DNA of 47,803 bases from Nemertoderma westbladi (lineage: Eukaryota; Animalia; Xenacoelomorpha): the NCBI GenBank assembly GCA_032718475.1, contig JAUCBJ010000221.1, positions 1 through 47,803 of the forward strand. Reading direction: 5' to 3'. A model generated the notes under the pieces. That model ran no database searches. It was not told where the DNA came from and saw only the letters and a program-made list of their open reading frames with translations. Shown in pieces: positions 33,861-46,900 of this stretch (the stretch's first letter is position 1; each line of letters starts with the position of its first letter). Made by a program: the position numbers and the translations under genes.

Positions 33861-34904
33861 ATAGGCATACAAAAACATTCTTTAATGCAAAATAAGGCTT
33901 CTTTCTGGCCAACATTATATCAGTTATTACCTATCTGACTTCACAAGGGCTTCCAAAATATACAATAAAATGTAGGCTATCTTTGGTTAGAAACACCGCC
34001 CCCCCCCCCCCCCCCCAGTCAAAGGTTGGGGATATCAAACTATCTGTGCAGTATTTTGAAATCTCATTACTATCTGTAAAAAAAAGTGGGGCGGTGTGAT
34101 CATAACATTAATAGGGCCTACCACTCATCCAGGATGTTGTGTTGGCTATGGATTGGGGAAAATATATTATCAATATTTTCCCACATGAAATTTAGTCATC
34201 TTTATGAGAATTACCCGCATCTATTAAAAACTTATGTGTGGGGCAAGTCAAAAGACTTAAGACCACTTTGAAATAATTAATTCATGTTTGTATCATCAGA
34301 TAATAAATTGACTAAGCCTAAAGTAGGAGCTGTATTGAATGTTAACCAATTTAATATATAAATTACTACAATATTATATAATTCAACAAAATCCTATTAA
34401 AAATATTGCAAGTAACCAGGAAATTTAATATGTAGTGTGTATAATATCTATATAGTATGTATAGTAGTAATATATATATCAATATGTAATGCTGAACACA
34501 GAATACAGGTCGACGCATGTCGATTTTACCCTGGAGAGGTATAATTTTGATTGCAACAATAATATTCATCCCCATCTGCTACAATTTGAAGAAGACTATT
34601 ACATAATAATACCTATAATTAAAACAATTAATTATTATAATTCTATAGTTAATAAAAACAGTATATCATTCCGGGGATGGAATTTATAGGTCATCTAATA
34701 TAATTAATTGTTTAAAGATTAGCAAACAATACGATGTAATTGCATTGATAAAACCCATAAATAAAACTTGGATATAAAATGTAAAATCGGGATGCAAAAG
34801 ATCACTTTCTGAGCTACGAAAGGAAAATTGGATACAACTTATCTGGATACAAACGGTCCGTTTACCTTACAAAATGAAAAATACGAATGTGCGAAGTTAA
34901 GATC

Positions 34905-35020
34905 AGTCGGGGGGGGGGGAAGTGTCCGCGGGGGGGAAGTGTCTGGGGGGGAAGTGTCCAGGGGGGAAGTGTCCTACTTGAGCGGGGGGGAACTGTCCGG
35001 GGGGGAAGTGTCCGAACACC
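34905..35020 (+). repeat. G-rich subterminal tandem repeat (GGGGGGAAGTGTCC)n, probable DNA-transposon end
   Basis: About six copies of G5-9-AA(G/C)TGTC. Confidence 0.75.
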
Positions 35021-35584
35021 GCTAAAACAAATTTACGGACTTAAAGCTTACGAGTTGAAAAATTGTTTGCAAATAGAACCAAAAGCTAAGATTTTAAACA
35101 AACTTTCAAACAACATCAGTTCAAGTCTCCCGCTATGGGGCTAACAATTATTAATCATCAAACGAAGTTCTCCCTTATTTCTTTATTTTTACGTTATTGT
35201 TAAATTTCTGCAATTTGCTAAAAATATTTACTGTATAATCATAATCTACCTTATTGATATACCTGGGACATATTTTCGAGACCTCAGACTGAGTTTTGTG
35301 AGGGAATATCGTCTGTAGTTACCCAGTCTGCCTTTGGAGGGCAAAAGTGTTCGGGGGACATCTGCTTATATTTTGGAGATATTATTATTACAATATTTAG
35401 GTGAAATTCTTTATTTATTTATTTATAAATTAAGTCAAAAAAAAAAAGAAAAAAAAAGTCAATATTGCCTTCAATGGGGTGATGGCAACACCCCTTATGG
35501 CACAAGAAGTAGAGGAAATCCAGCAAAGTCTGATCTAGACTTTACTGACTAGAGGGAGCCCAAAGACTCCTCTGCTCATTGGAG

Positions 35585-36015
35585 CAGGTTGCGCTTCTAG
35601 TGTTTGTCTTTTTGTAAATTCCAAGAAGACCAAAATCATGACAGTGAACCTTGACAGCCTTCAGGAAATGTCTGATCGTAAGGGCATAAGCTTTAAGGAC
35701 GGCTTGCTTGAGGATGTGGATGACTTCTGCTAGTTGGTATTATGGATTAGAAAGTCAGGTGAAGACCTTCGGATACGTAAGGGGAAGGCATGGGCAGCGT
35801 TAAATAGTCTGTCCAGGATTTTGAAGTCCCATAGAATAAAACTGAATCTCATGGTACGATTATTTACGGCAGCATTTTTATAGCAATAGTACCAGTAATC
35901 TTATATGGGAATCCATGCTAGGCTCTAACTGCAGAGGATACCAAATCATTTTCACAAGAATGCTGCGCCGGGTTAATTGTGTCAAGTACAATGAACAAAT
36001 CTCCTATCAGACGCT
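35585..36015 (+). pseudogene. RTE/BovB-like LINE fragment
   Basis: Paralogous to 28850-29280 (DDFC..WIRKS.EDLRIRKGKAWAAL). Confidence 0.75.
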
Positions 36016-36259
36016 ATTGATCCGACGTTAAATGCTATCACTACATTTCACGCTGCTGAAATATTAGTAAGATAAAATTATTATATCAATATTTATTTAT
36101 AGTTGATTACTGGACGGTTTACTGACATCCAGTAATCCGACAATTTAATATAGGCCTACAGTAGGCCTAGGCCTAATCAATACAGTTCTGGCCTGGTACA
36201 ATAAGGTGTTACTGTTACTGTCACTATGGTATCAATTATTGCACCCCACCTCAACCGTT

Positions 36260-36445
36260 ACTGTCTCTAGGCAACAAACAAAAACATATAATGGTCGCCA
36301 GGTAACAAACGGATACACCCGATCGTTGCTATGCAACAACACATATGTACATGTAATCGTTTGGCAGTCAAATAAACAGATACACCCAATCGTTGCCTGG
36401 CAATAAACAAAAGATTCATCCAATCGTTGCCAGGTAACAAAGAGA
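36260..36445 (+). repeat. Degenerate ~32-bp tandem array of X-box (RFX)-like palindromes
   Basis: GTCTCTAGGCAAC 36263, GTCGCCAGGTAAC 36294, GTTGCTATGCAAC 36325, GTTGCCTGGCAAT 36392, GTTGCCAGGTAAC 36426. Confidence 0.65.
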
Positions 36446-38171
36446 TGCATTTCCCGCCATATTAATTTCCTGGAATCTTCCCCGAAGCTAAACTTGTATA
36501 TAATCGTTGCCATAGTTCCTTCCTACACGATTTACTTTTATATATAAACTGCATTAATTGGTTGAATTGGTTCATTCCATCGGCGGACATATTGAAAGCG
36601 CCCCGGGCGGTGATGATAATCGCAATGAGTTCGTCGTAGTCGTTCGGAGCGACCTGAAAGGCAACATTTAAGGATCGTTCTATGTAGCAATAAAAACAAA
36701 GTTTGTGGTGCTGCTTCTCAGTGGTATATTTACCTACAGACTTATCTCTTCATTCAATATTCGTTCTGTCGCCCTTTGTGAATTTCTCTCTATATTTCCT
36801 GGCTTGGCCTCCTGAGAATGCCTTCAGCTGCGGGGCGAAACCTACCGATCAGCTGGCTGTGCTGTCAGCTGATCACTGATTGCATGCAACGTCTAGGTCT
36901 TGTTGCTTTTTAGTTTTTTACATACTTTGGTACTAACACACCTACCGGTAAGGTTTTTTACTTAACGTGATTGATAATAAATAAATATAATTATTAAAAA
37001 CAAGTAATATTGTGGTAAAAATATAATAAATAAATAAACAAACATTGGTAGTAATGTTACAGTCGGAAACAGCCACACCTTCCAGACAACTTCCAATAAT
37101 TTTGCTTTTTGAGAGAATTCCATGGAAATTTTAGAATTTTCCAATCATTGCGCGGGAAGGTTTAAATATTAAACGCCTTTTACTCGCAATTATCAGTTCT
37201 CCTTTGCGTTTTCAGTGGAAAGGTGTTTACGAATGCACCTTATGTTCCTCAGGTGAATTAACGACACACACAATTACTGCAGCCTTGCGCATTACTATGC
37301 GCAATACAGCACATACAAGCTAAAGATGCAGCTGAATTTAGGAGCAGACCCACTCCGCCATCACCTACATAATCTTCTGATGAGTGAATGATGTCCCAGC
37401 CACATTCATCCTCGACTTTAAGCTGTACTTTCTGTTCCTGGATCCACATAGCAACAAGGTTCAGCTTATATGTCATGTCGAATGACGAATTCTGCCAAAC
37501 TTTTATACATAACCATAGATAGCAAAAGTTGTCAACATGACATACAAAAATCAATGGACCTAAAATGACCTAAGGCCATGAAATGAGATAAAAAAATCTA
37601 CAAAAGATCTACGATGATAAAAGAATTAGGCAATGGTCAACATTAATGAAATCTTGTAGATATACCGCAGCATAATTAATTCAACCTAGCAACAACTGGA
37701 TGAGGCTATGTGAATATTGTATGATGAATTATATTGAAAGTCATCTCCACATTTGAGCCATTTTAAGCCACAATGGTTTTATAGAATATATTTAAAAATG
37801 TCACATACTGTATAACGTCTTTTTTTGGAGTGGGTAGGTCAAGGAGTCTGTATGTTCGTACCAGACAGGTATGGAAGGCTTCTTGAGACCCATGCTTCAT
37901 GTAATAGAGTTTCGGCATCGCTGTTGGACAACACTCTTCATTGTAACAATAGCTGATGAATCTCTTTCCATGAATAGTTTATGGAATTAGATGGTTTGTA
38001 CAAGTGTCAAGCGCACCGTAAGGGTAACGTGTAAACCCGGTTAATGAAGAATATATTATGATTTTTTGAAATCTTTTAACGAACAAAAATATCCGTAGTC
38101 AGTATCCCCATATGGCCTACCACTTACATAAAACGTCTACATCCACCACCAAAATACTGTTAGTGTTTATA

Positions 38172-38662
38172 TTAGTTGCAGTACTTGGCTAGAGCGTTCT
38201 GTAGATTATTGTCGACATTGGATGGGGTTCCTGCCGCATAGCATTCCATTGTGCACGCGTCTACTACGCCACTATCGCAATTAGCCTCACATCCATCGGC
38301 ACAATATTGTAGTGAATCCAAATCCCCACTCGATAGTCCAATAGCCAGTACAAGTATTAGAACCGTCTTCACCTAAAATATATTTAAATGCAATATTTCA
38401 TAGTTTATTAATTAATTCTATACAGTAATATTTCTTATATAATCTAAAGGTAATTTATGTTGCAGTCCATTCCTATTTACTGATTAGATATTCAACGTAA
38501 AATATATAATAATTGTAATTTGATAGGTTTTCGTTCTCTTTTTGATATTATCATTGATTGATTGTCTTACAACTTGATGTCAATATGTGGCAAGTAAGTA
38601 AGTAAGTAACTTAATTTGGTATATCTATTACATCAAAATTTAATACTCACAATAGTTAGCAT
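38172..38662 (-). CDS. Small secreted six-cysteine peptide precursor (2 exons: 38662-38651 and 38372-38172; 70 aa)
   Basis: ATG CTA ACT ATT|GTGAGT donor and TTTTAG|GTG AAG acceptor, phase 0. Product is MLTIVKTVLILVLAIGLSSG followed by DLDSLQYCADGCEANCDSGVVDACTMECY...KYCN. Confidence 0.7.
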
Positions 38663-39464
38663 TTTTCTCAATAACAGAACAATTGATAAAACTATTAAAA
38701 CAAGTTGATATAATTATAATTATAAATTAAATATAAACAACAATAATATAAATATAAATTTACAATATAAATTTGAATTAAACGCTACTGTGGAATATTC
38801 CACGCAATTTATCATGAAATAATGATTTGCCTCAGTTTCCATCTGGTGTTACTTTAATAGTTAAACACGTCAACATTGCTTGCGAATCACTAAATTATAA
38901 TATGTATAATTTATTCAATTATTGGGCGTAACTAACTACGTCAATTATATATTATTTGCTAATGCCATTGTCAATCTTTAAACAAACTGATACAAATTCG
39001 TCGTAATTGAGCAATTATTGTAGCCGACAAAGATAACACCACCAGTTATGGTTTCCCAAAGTCGACAAATCAAATAATTTTATATTCACTGCAGTCCGTG
39101 AGTCTTATATTCATCGTCAAGCAATTTTAATTCGGGAGTGATACTGAAAACTAGTGGTTCTCTCAGCCTCTCCAACTCTCTTGGTTGCATTTTCAAAGGC
39201 CTTTGGTGCTGACTGCCAGTACGACACTCTGTCTTTCTGCTTTATCCAACGGTGTACTACAGCGACGGTCGCGTTTCGGCAAAGAATTTGCGTTTCAGCA
39301 TAAACTTATGTGCTAAACGTTAAGAAACTTTTGGCCGTATAAATATGTTTTTGCCTAATAATTTGATATTTTTTTTTGCCAAATTGGAACTTTCTCTATT
39401 CGTACTTCTTATATTAAACTAATCCACCACCCTGGTTGAATTGATTTGGAATTCACAAATAATT

Positions 39465-39860
39465 AATCGGAAACTTAAGGTCCGATTTATTTAGAGCAGC
39501 AGTAGTTCCAGTACTCCTCTATGGGAATGCATGCTGGGTTTACTGTGTCAAATACAATGCACACATCTCCAACCAAACACTATATAACATTGGAGGTGTG
39601 TCATTGGTTCCGCCAAGCTTGACACTAGAACAAAGCCGCCTCCGCTTTGCAGGACATTGTTTTCGCCGTGTGGACCAGCCTGTGCACAATCTTGTGCTTT
39701 GGCAGCCCTATGGATAACATAAGCAAGGTGGACAGCCTATGACTTTTGTGAGACGCCTCTTACAGGACACTGGCCTAGAAGATGCGGATAATCTCGTGAA
39801 AGTCATGGGGGATATGAAGTTGTGGGCGGCGCAACTTCGTTGACAAGCCGCCATAGCATA
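39465..39860 (+). pseudogene. RTE/BovB-like LINE 3' fragment
   Basis: Paralogous to 29090-29570 (RLRFAGHCFRR.DQPVHNLVLWQP). Confidence 0.8.
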
Positions 39861-40781
39861 TCAATGTGTAATTTCAATGCAGGAGGTCGATTATACTAAT
39901 AGTGCTTGTATGGTCACTCGCTTGGCTTCCAGCTGGGAGAGGGAGGTCCAGGGTTGCAATGATACAGTAGTTACAATTTATTTCGAAACTGGGGTCACCC
40001 ACCAAACAACCTGCGCTTCTGGCTTCTGGTGTGGCAGTAAAGAAAGGTTTGGATATTTGTAACTAAAAACTCCGTAAAGGGAGTTTTTCACCTAGTTAGG
40101 TTTCACTTAGTTAGTAAAGAGTTAGTGTGATGCCCAATATTCCTTACAGGTAATTGCCAAGAGATAGGAACTTTCGTGTTATCTCCGGTCTTCCATGTTC
40201 CAGGTTCACCGATAACTTTATTCACTCTATTTCACTTACCCCCAAATTTGCCACCTCCAATATTGTATCTCGTGTGTTTCTTCAAACTATGTGCATACCA
40301 TATTCGCTTACCTTATTTTGGGAAGTTTACTATTAGGTTGTATTACCTTTGCGTTACCATAACAACAATGAATAAATAACGTAGTTACTTATAACCGAAC
40401 CCGAACCTATAAGAAGCATTGATGCCTCCTCATTCATTTAGAATTGATCTGGTTACATTCCATCTTTCCTAAAGTATACTTAGGGACAAGTAGAAATATC
40501 ATATTAATAATTAATGTGAACCTAACATAACGATCGATGCCAATTATATAAGTCCATAACCGGAACACCTGCACGGTAACCTTGACAACGGAATACAAAC
40601 AGAGCTTATTATGATAACTATATACTGGGGTGACTTGTTCCATTCTATACTGATAATGAAATTATAATAATCCCTAATAATTTTCAGAAATTTGTTTTTA
40701 ATTAATAAAAATTTGCTTTAAAAACGTATCCACGATATTTTAATACAGTAGGCCTAAGCTGTTATCTGCGCCAGGGTTACA

Positions 40782-41958
40782 ATGTCTTCAACAACGTCTT
40801 CAGCCGAGGAAAAGGAAATAACCCATTCAGGAAGAAATTCAATAGGAACAAATTCACCACAAAATGAAAATGAGGAAAACCTCGAGTCCATTAACGAACC
40901 TGCGAAAATTCAGAAAGAAGAATCACCTGGAGTAAAGAAAAAGGAAAGGAGAGCTCACGATAACTGTTTGTGAGTGAGAATTCACACCTATTATTAAACC
41001 TGAACACCTTAATCTTAGTGAATGGCCATAAGTATAAGATGGTTTAGTTTACCGTTATAGTATATATTGTTACATGGAGATTATTGGATACTGTACAGTA
41101 CAATATTCTTATATACAGTAATTATATCTTATATTACATTCGAAGCACATGGCAGAACCATAAATTAATGTTTTTTTATCAATTATACAGTAGGTGTAAC
41201 CTAGAGTATAATTTTAGTAAACCCCCCCACCCCACCCCACCCGACCCCACCCCCCCCCCCCACCCCCCCCCCCCCCACCCCCTACCTAAAAAAATAATTA
41301 ATCATAATAAAATGTAAAAAAAAAATTCAAATTCGCCTATATAATAATACTGTATGTAATCAACAACCATAATTTTAGCAGGGTAATATACTGAAATTAA
41401 CTACAAACTACATACAACAAAATTTAATTTAAAAAATAATTTAAGTAGGTTTCCTGTTTGTTTTTGCATAGTCGCGAACAGCGCCATCGCAACTTGCGTT
41501 ATCTAATTAAATATTATTTGCTGTAATTATAAATAACCATCAGCATCTTATTTCAGTACTCTGTAGACGGGCTTTTATTATTTTTGATTATAATTCTCAA
41601 TATTTTATTTCCTCTATGGCATCCTGTTTACTGTATATCCTGTAATAATTTTAAACCACATACGCCTTAAATTGTAATAATAATTAACTATTTATAGCAG
41701 TATTAACTATTTACTATATTAATAATTTATTTGTTATAATGACTATCGTTGGATTTGAATTTTACTGATATTAACCGGATTTAGACTGGATTTATAATTC
41801 CAAATCCTGCCCAGTATTTAACAATAATTATTATTTTGCTTTTTTGCGTACAGTATATACTGTATTTACCTTTATTACAGAAAGGAAACTACTTCCGGAA
41901 GCAAAATGAGAAAGAAAAAGAAAGAGGCAAAATCGACAGGGAAGAAAAAGATAACACA
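40782..41958 (+). CDS. First coding exons of a host gene of unknown product (exons 40782-40969 and 41881-41958); probably continues beyond
   Basis: ACAATG start; GTGAGT donors at 40970 and 41959; TTATTACAG acceptor at 41880. Phases are compatible, giving ...HDNCLKETTSGSKMRKKKKEAKSTGKKKIT. Confidence 0.55.
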
Positions 41959-42702
41959 GTGAGTAGAAAGAGTTAATGCAACTAAGTGGAGTCTAAATCT
42001 GAGTGGAAAACTAAATGAACATTCCTGAGGTGAATATGAAAATCACTGGCTCCACGAAAATATTAAGGGTCCCCATATTACCATGGGTACAGGGGGTCAT
42101 TTGCAAAACATCATTTTCCAAGACTCGTACAGAATTATAACCCTTACCTACAGTACCCCCACTAAATCCCAATCAGAGAATCCGCATTGTGGTAATTTTT
42201 CAAAACCCGGTTGCCATGGCAACTACTCCATACTTCATAGTAATAATACACAAAGTGGGCCCTACAGTAAGCGCATCAAGTGATGTAAAATTGTATTAAT
42301 TTGCAACTCGAACGAAATATAAGCAGATGGCGTCTAATCACTTTCACCCCTAGTGGCAGAATGGTTTACTGGAGATTGTTTAAGACAAAAATTCAGTTTG
42401 AGGTCTAGAATATACAGTATGTGCCATGTATCACAGGAAGAAACTATTATAAACAATAATACGAAATGGCTGAAGGTTTTAATTTCAGCCATTTCTAAAA
42501 TGTTTTAATTTCAGCCCACTAGCGGTAGATTGGAGAACTGCCGAGGGATTACCTCCCCATCAAAGTCGCAGCCTATGAATGGCAGACATGCCATCCATAA
42601 TGACTAACAATAATGTAATGACGAATGCCTAACATGCCTGCTAAGTGCTAAGTTTCTGCTTGAACTGATAGCAAATAATAAATTGAGAGAATGTTTTTAC
42701 TT

Positions 42703-42871
42703 TCAAACAATCAAACAATTCAAACATTCAAACAATTCAAACATTCAAACAATTCAAACATTCAAACAATTCAAACATTCAAACAATTCAAACAATTCAA
42801 ACATTCAAACAATTCAAACATTCAAACAATTCAAACATTCAAACAATTCAAACATTCAAAAAATTCAAACA
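42703..42871 (+). repeat. Minisatellite of mixed 8/9-bp units (TTCAAACA / ATTCAAACA)
   Basis: Directly visible tandem array. Confidence 0.95.
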
Positions 42872-43187
42872 TACTGTATATCCTAGATGTTATAAGAAAA
42901 TCACCCCTAATAGAATGCCATCCCAAATTAGATGATTTGACACCAAAAAAAATTATTAAACACCAAATATATTTTTTTGATGCATGTAAGGAAATATTAT
43001 TTTAATGTTTAGTGTTTTGCTTAAATGTAGAGAGAGTGAAAGTCTGCATGTCAATAAATATATAATATACGGTACCTTCCTAGTACAGAACGATATATTT
43101 TTATATTGTGGAATCCCACAATACACCAATTTACATTTCCCAATTTTGAATATCTCTCCCACCAAAAACAATTCTTCATTCCCCAAA

Positions 43188-43860
43188 GTACTACTACTAC
43201 AAACACGGCATGCTGCATTACAGCTGCATTATATGTATATTAGATAAATTAAGAATGCTGTGCCGGCTTTTGGATAAAATTGCACCGCCACAACTCCCTA
43301 TCACCCATGACATTTGCTAGATCAGCCACATCTTCAATGCCAGTGTCCTTTAACTTTGGCAGCCTCATGGAGTGAATAAGCATGGTGGACAGCCCATGAC
43401 TTTCTTGAGACGCATCTTAAAGGACACTGGCCTTGAAGATGCGGATGATCTAGCAAATGTCATGGGTGATAGGGAGTTGTGGCGGTGCAATTTTGTTGAC
43501 AAGCCGGCACAGCATTCTTAAAAATGCAGCTGCAATGCAGCATGCCGATCCTAGTAGTAGTAGTAGTAGTAAGATGCGTATTAAAAAAGTCATGGGCTGT
43601 CCACCATGAGGCCGCCAAAGAACAAGATTATACACTGGCTGATCCTCACGGCGAAAGCAATGTCCTGCAAAGTCGAGGCGGTTCCGTTCAAGTGTCAAGG
43701 TAGGAGAGACTAATGGAACACCTCCAATGTTATATAGTGTCTGATTGAAGATGATGTGTACATTGTACTTGACACAATGAACCCGGCGCTGCATTCTTGT
43801 AAAAGTGTCATAGAGAGATTTGGTGTCCTCAGCAGTTAGAGCCCAGCATGGACTCCCAGC
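43188..43860. mobile_element. Rearranged RTE/BovB-like LINE 3' ends (head-to-head inverted pair plus an inverted upstream segment)
   Basis: 43188-43353 is the reverse complement of 43417-43570, with (CTA)n and (TAG)n tails. 43571-43860 is minus-strand ORF2 C-terminus (RLDFAGHCFRREDQPVYNLVLWRP). Confidence 0.8.
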
Positions 43861-43861
43861 A

Positions 43862-44032
43862 TTCCCAAAAAACAATTATTAATTCCCCTAATATTATTAT
43901 TCATCCCCAAAAATCAATTATTCATACACCAAAAACAATTATTTATACCCCAAAAACAATTATTCATACCACAAAAACAATTGTCAGATTGTTAACCTTC
44001 CTAAAATAATTACTTGTCAGCCAAAAACAATT
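43862..44032 (+). repeat. Degenerate ~21-bp minisatellite
   Basis: CCAAAAACAATTATTCATAC-type units. Confidence 0.8.
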
Positions 44033-44611
44033 CTGTGACGGGAGTGAGTTGACTCGGCTCCCGACCGTGGACTGTTGCTCGACTGTATGTGTATATATGA
44101 AACTGATGCTAGAGCTAAAGGTGCAAAAACTTTGCAGTCTCTGTACTGGTATACTGCCAACTGATGTTCTATCCTGTGTTCAGCGTACTACAGCTGACGT
44201 CAGCTGATTGCCACTGAGAATTGATAATTGCACCAATAATGGTTGATCCGCCCTACTCATTGGTTGCTTAACATCATGCCATAATGTCACCTTGGGCATT
44301 ATTGTTTTGTACTTGCTGTGAGTGAGTTAATTACCTTTCTCACTAGCTAATTTATAGGTCACCCACTAGTCAATATAATAGTTTTATTTCTGAGAGTTAC
44401 ATATGAATTTTGTTTGCGTCGAAAGTATTTTACCGCGGAACAGAATGCAGTATTATTTTATAGAACTGTATTATTTAATTTTGTATAGCCCGTCTAATAT
44501 CTGAATCAGTGAGTCAGACAGTACCGTACTACTGTACTAGAAGAATAGGCATTGCAGCATTGCAGCTTACACAGCACAACTGCACGCCTGTTAGCCTAAC
44601 CTGTTGTTCAA

Positions 44612-45595
44612 TTGACAACCGCTGAACGCTCGAAATTGTGTGAAATGGGAAATTGTAAAAGATGTGACGCTCACCAAACACGATTAAAACCAGGTGGCCT
44701 TTGCGATGCATGCTTCCTTGGTAGGTCGCAATCTTTATCCGATTTAGGCCTACCGGTATCTGGGCCCCAGCCCCTCCAATCTCAACATGCCCAGTTAAAT
44801 TCCACTCAGGTTTGGCCAAGTTACAGTCAGACAGCTCCTGGATTCACTACCGACCAGCGCTCAATTTGGCAACAACACCCTATTGGGTCAGGACCACCTC
44901 AGTCTTATCCGCCGGCTCCATGTCCTCCGAACTTCACGCCGTCTCCGGGCCTTCACCCCCCCACCATTGATGATAGCTCCTCAGTGAGCTCGCTCTCTGT
45001 AGGTCAGCTGAAATCCATATTTAGCTCTATGATGACCGAGCACATAAGCGCCTTAGGAACACGTGTCACCACTCTTGAACAAGAAAATTGCGACCTCCGT
45101 GCTACATGTGGAGCCCAACAACGGTTTTGCGAGTACATTGACCGTCAAATGAGAATTCAAAAGCTTATTGTACGGGGGGTCGTCGAAAACAACCCGCCCA
45201 GCGAGGATAAAGACAATGATCAATGCGATGCAATCTTTAGCGCAATCGGGATCAAAGTTTCTAATTACAAAGTTGAGCGCCTTGGTCAGTTTGTCCCTGA
45301 TAAACCTAACCCAAGGCCCATTCTGCTTACTCTGTCTCAGAATTCGGCAGAAGCTGATCGCAGAAAGATATTCCCTGCTTTGAAAAAGTTAAAGAATGAT
45401 GACAATTTTGGGAAAGTATTTATCAAATCCGATGTTCATCCTATTATACGTAAAGAAATCGGCCGTCTACGTGAAGTTGAAAGGCTTGAAAAAGGGAATC
45501 CTGCAAACAGAGGCCACGTTATCTCGTATGATCCAGTACTTCGAGTTGTAAAAAAGGACGACGTTATAATAGACAAATTTAATCTGAATTTTTGA
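44612..45595 (+). CDS. LINE ORF1p (RTE group, Proto2/RTE-X-like); first ATG at 44645
   Basis: N-terminal Cys cluster, Pro-rich linker, coiled coil, KLIVRGVVE, RLG, RPILL, FIKSD. Overlaps the start of the endonuclease ORF. Confidence 0.8.
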   Translation: MTTAERSKLCEMGNCKRCDAHQTRLKPGGLCDACFLGRSQSLSDLGLPVSGPQPLQSQHAQLNSTQVWPSYSQTAPGFTTDQRSIWQQHPIGSGPPQSYPPAPCPPNFTPSPGLHPPTIDDSSSVSSLSVGQLKSIFSSMMTEHISALGTRVTTLEQENCDLRATCGAQQRFCEYIDRQMRIQKLIVRGVVENNPPSEDKDNDQCDAIFSAIGIKVSNYKVERLGQFVPDKPNPRPILLTLSQNSAEADRRKIFPALKKLKNDDNFGKVFIKSDVHPIIRKEIGRLREVERLEKGNPANRGHVISYDPVLRVVKKDDVIIDKFNLNF

Positions 45596-46900
45596 ATGCT
45601 CATCACAAATCTGACCGGTTGAAGTTTCTTAGTTGGAATATTGATGGTATCAGCGATAAACTGCACAACTCTGTTATATTGCAAAAACTTTCACAGTATG
45701 ATATAGTAGCTCTGTTTGAAGTAAAAGCTATTTTTAATTTCCGGGTGTCAGGGTTTAATGCTTTACGGTTTCCTGATGTAAAAACAGCTCATCACGGTGG
45801 AGTAGCTGTTTTGGTTAAAAACTATTTGGCCAGTTCGATTATTTGTATGAATATGGAACATGATTTGATATCGTTCAAACTCGATTTTGCCCCAAATATT
45901 CACTTCTACGCTGTATATATTCCACCATCAAACTCACCTTATTTTTCATCCAATATTTGGTCCAAACTTCAGGCAGCAATCTTCCTCGCTTCGACAAACT
46001 CTAAATTTGTTTTATTTGGCGATCTAAATGCTCGATGCGGGGTCCGTCTAGCAGATCTGAATACTAATGAATACTGGTACCATACCCCACATGATAGAAC
46101 TATAAACGCTCATGGTGCTCGGCTTATTCAATTGTGTAAAGACTGCTCATTAGTTAATTTGAGCTACCTCGAGACATTGAATGGGTCGTATTTCAGTGGA
46201 AATCTAACATTTAAACGCAGGTCTGGATATATCTCTGAATTGGACCGTGTACTTTGCTCTGGAGACCTGATATCCGGATTCACGGATTTTAACACTCTGT
46301 TGGACTTCGATTGGCCATCAAACCACGCCGGGGTAGAGTTTAGCCTGTATATTACTAAATTTTGTTTCATCTCGTCTGCCTGTCTTCTTGAACGAGCTGA
46401 CCTTTTAGGCTCTTACTGTCACCTGTTGAAAAATCCTTGTAAACCTATATGTGCTAAGAAACTATATTGTGATACCTCATGCGTTGATACTACAAAGTTT
46501 CAAGCCATCCTAAATAAATCGCTAGTTAATGTTGACGATTTAAACATCGGAATGAATATTAATGATTTAGCAGCAACATTTACAGACTCAATCTACAAGG
46601 CCGCATCAGAAGCCTCTGTTAAACACGTGCATAGTTACCCCCGAATTCCTACATCAGTGCCCCAATGGCAGGTCTGGCAACACATGTTAGACAACTGCAG
46701 TGCTAAGGACATGTGGGCAAGAATCGGTTGGCGGGGTGAATTAAATGCAAGTCCATATAATCCGTCCAATTCGGAGATAGAGCCTTCAGAGGCAGAATTT
46801 GCCACCCATTTCTCCAGTTTATTAAATCCATCTGGTGTCAACAAGTCCCCTGATCCCCCATTGTTAGAGACAGATTCATGCAATAACGATCTTGATAGCC
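45592..46900 (+). pseudogene. LINE ORF2 APE endonuclease domain and linker, interrupted by an LTR insertion
   Basis: SWNIDG, GGVAVLVK, YIPPSNSPYF, GDLNAR, NAHG, SELD, SNH. The frame ends at the LTR junction. Confidence 0.88.

Noticed and set aside
42683-43005. Repetitive ORFs (QTIQTFKQFKHSNN)
   Set aside because: Translation of a minisatellite.
44191-44206. Perfect palindrome CAGCTGACGTCAGCTG (CRE plus E-boxes)
   Set aside because: Single short motif near the LINE 5' end; function cannot be supported from sequence alone.
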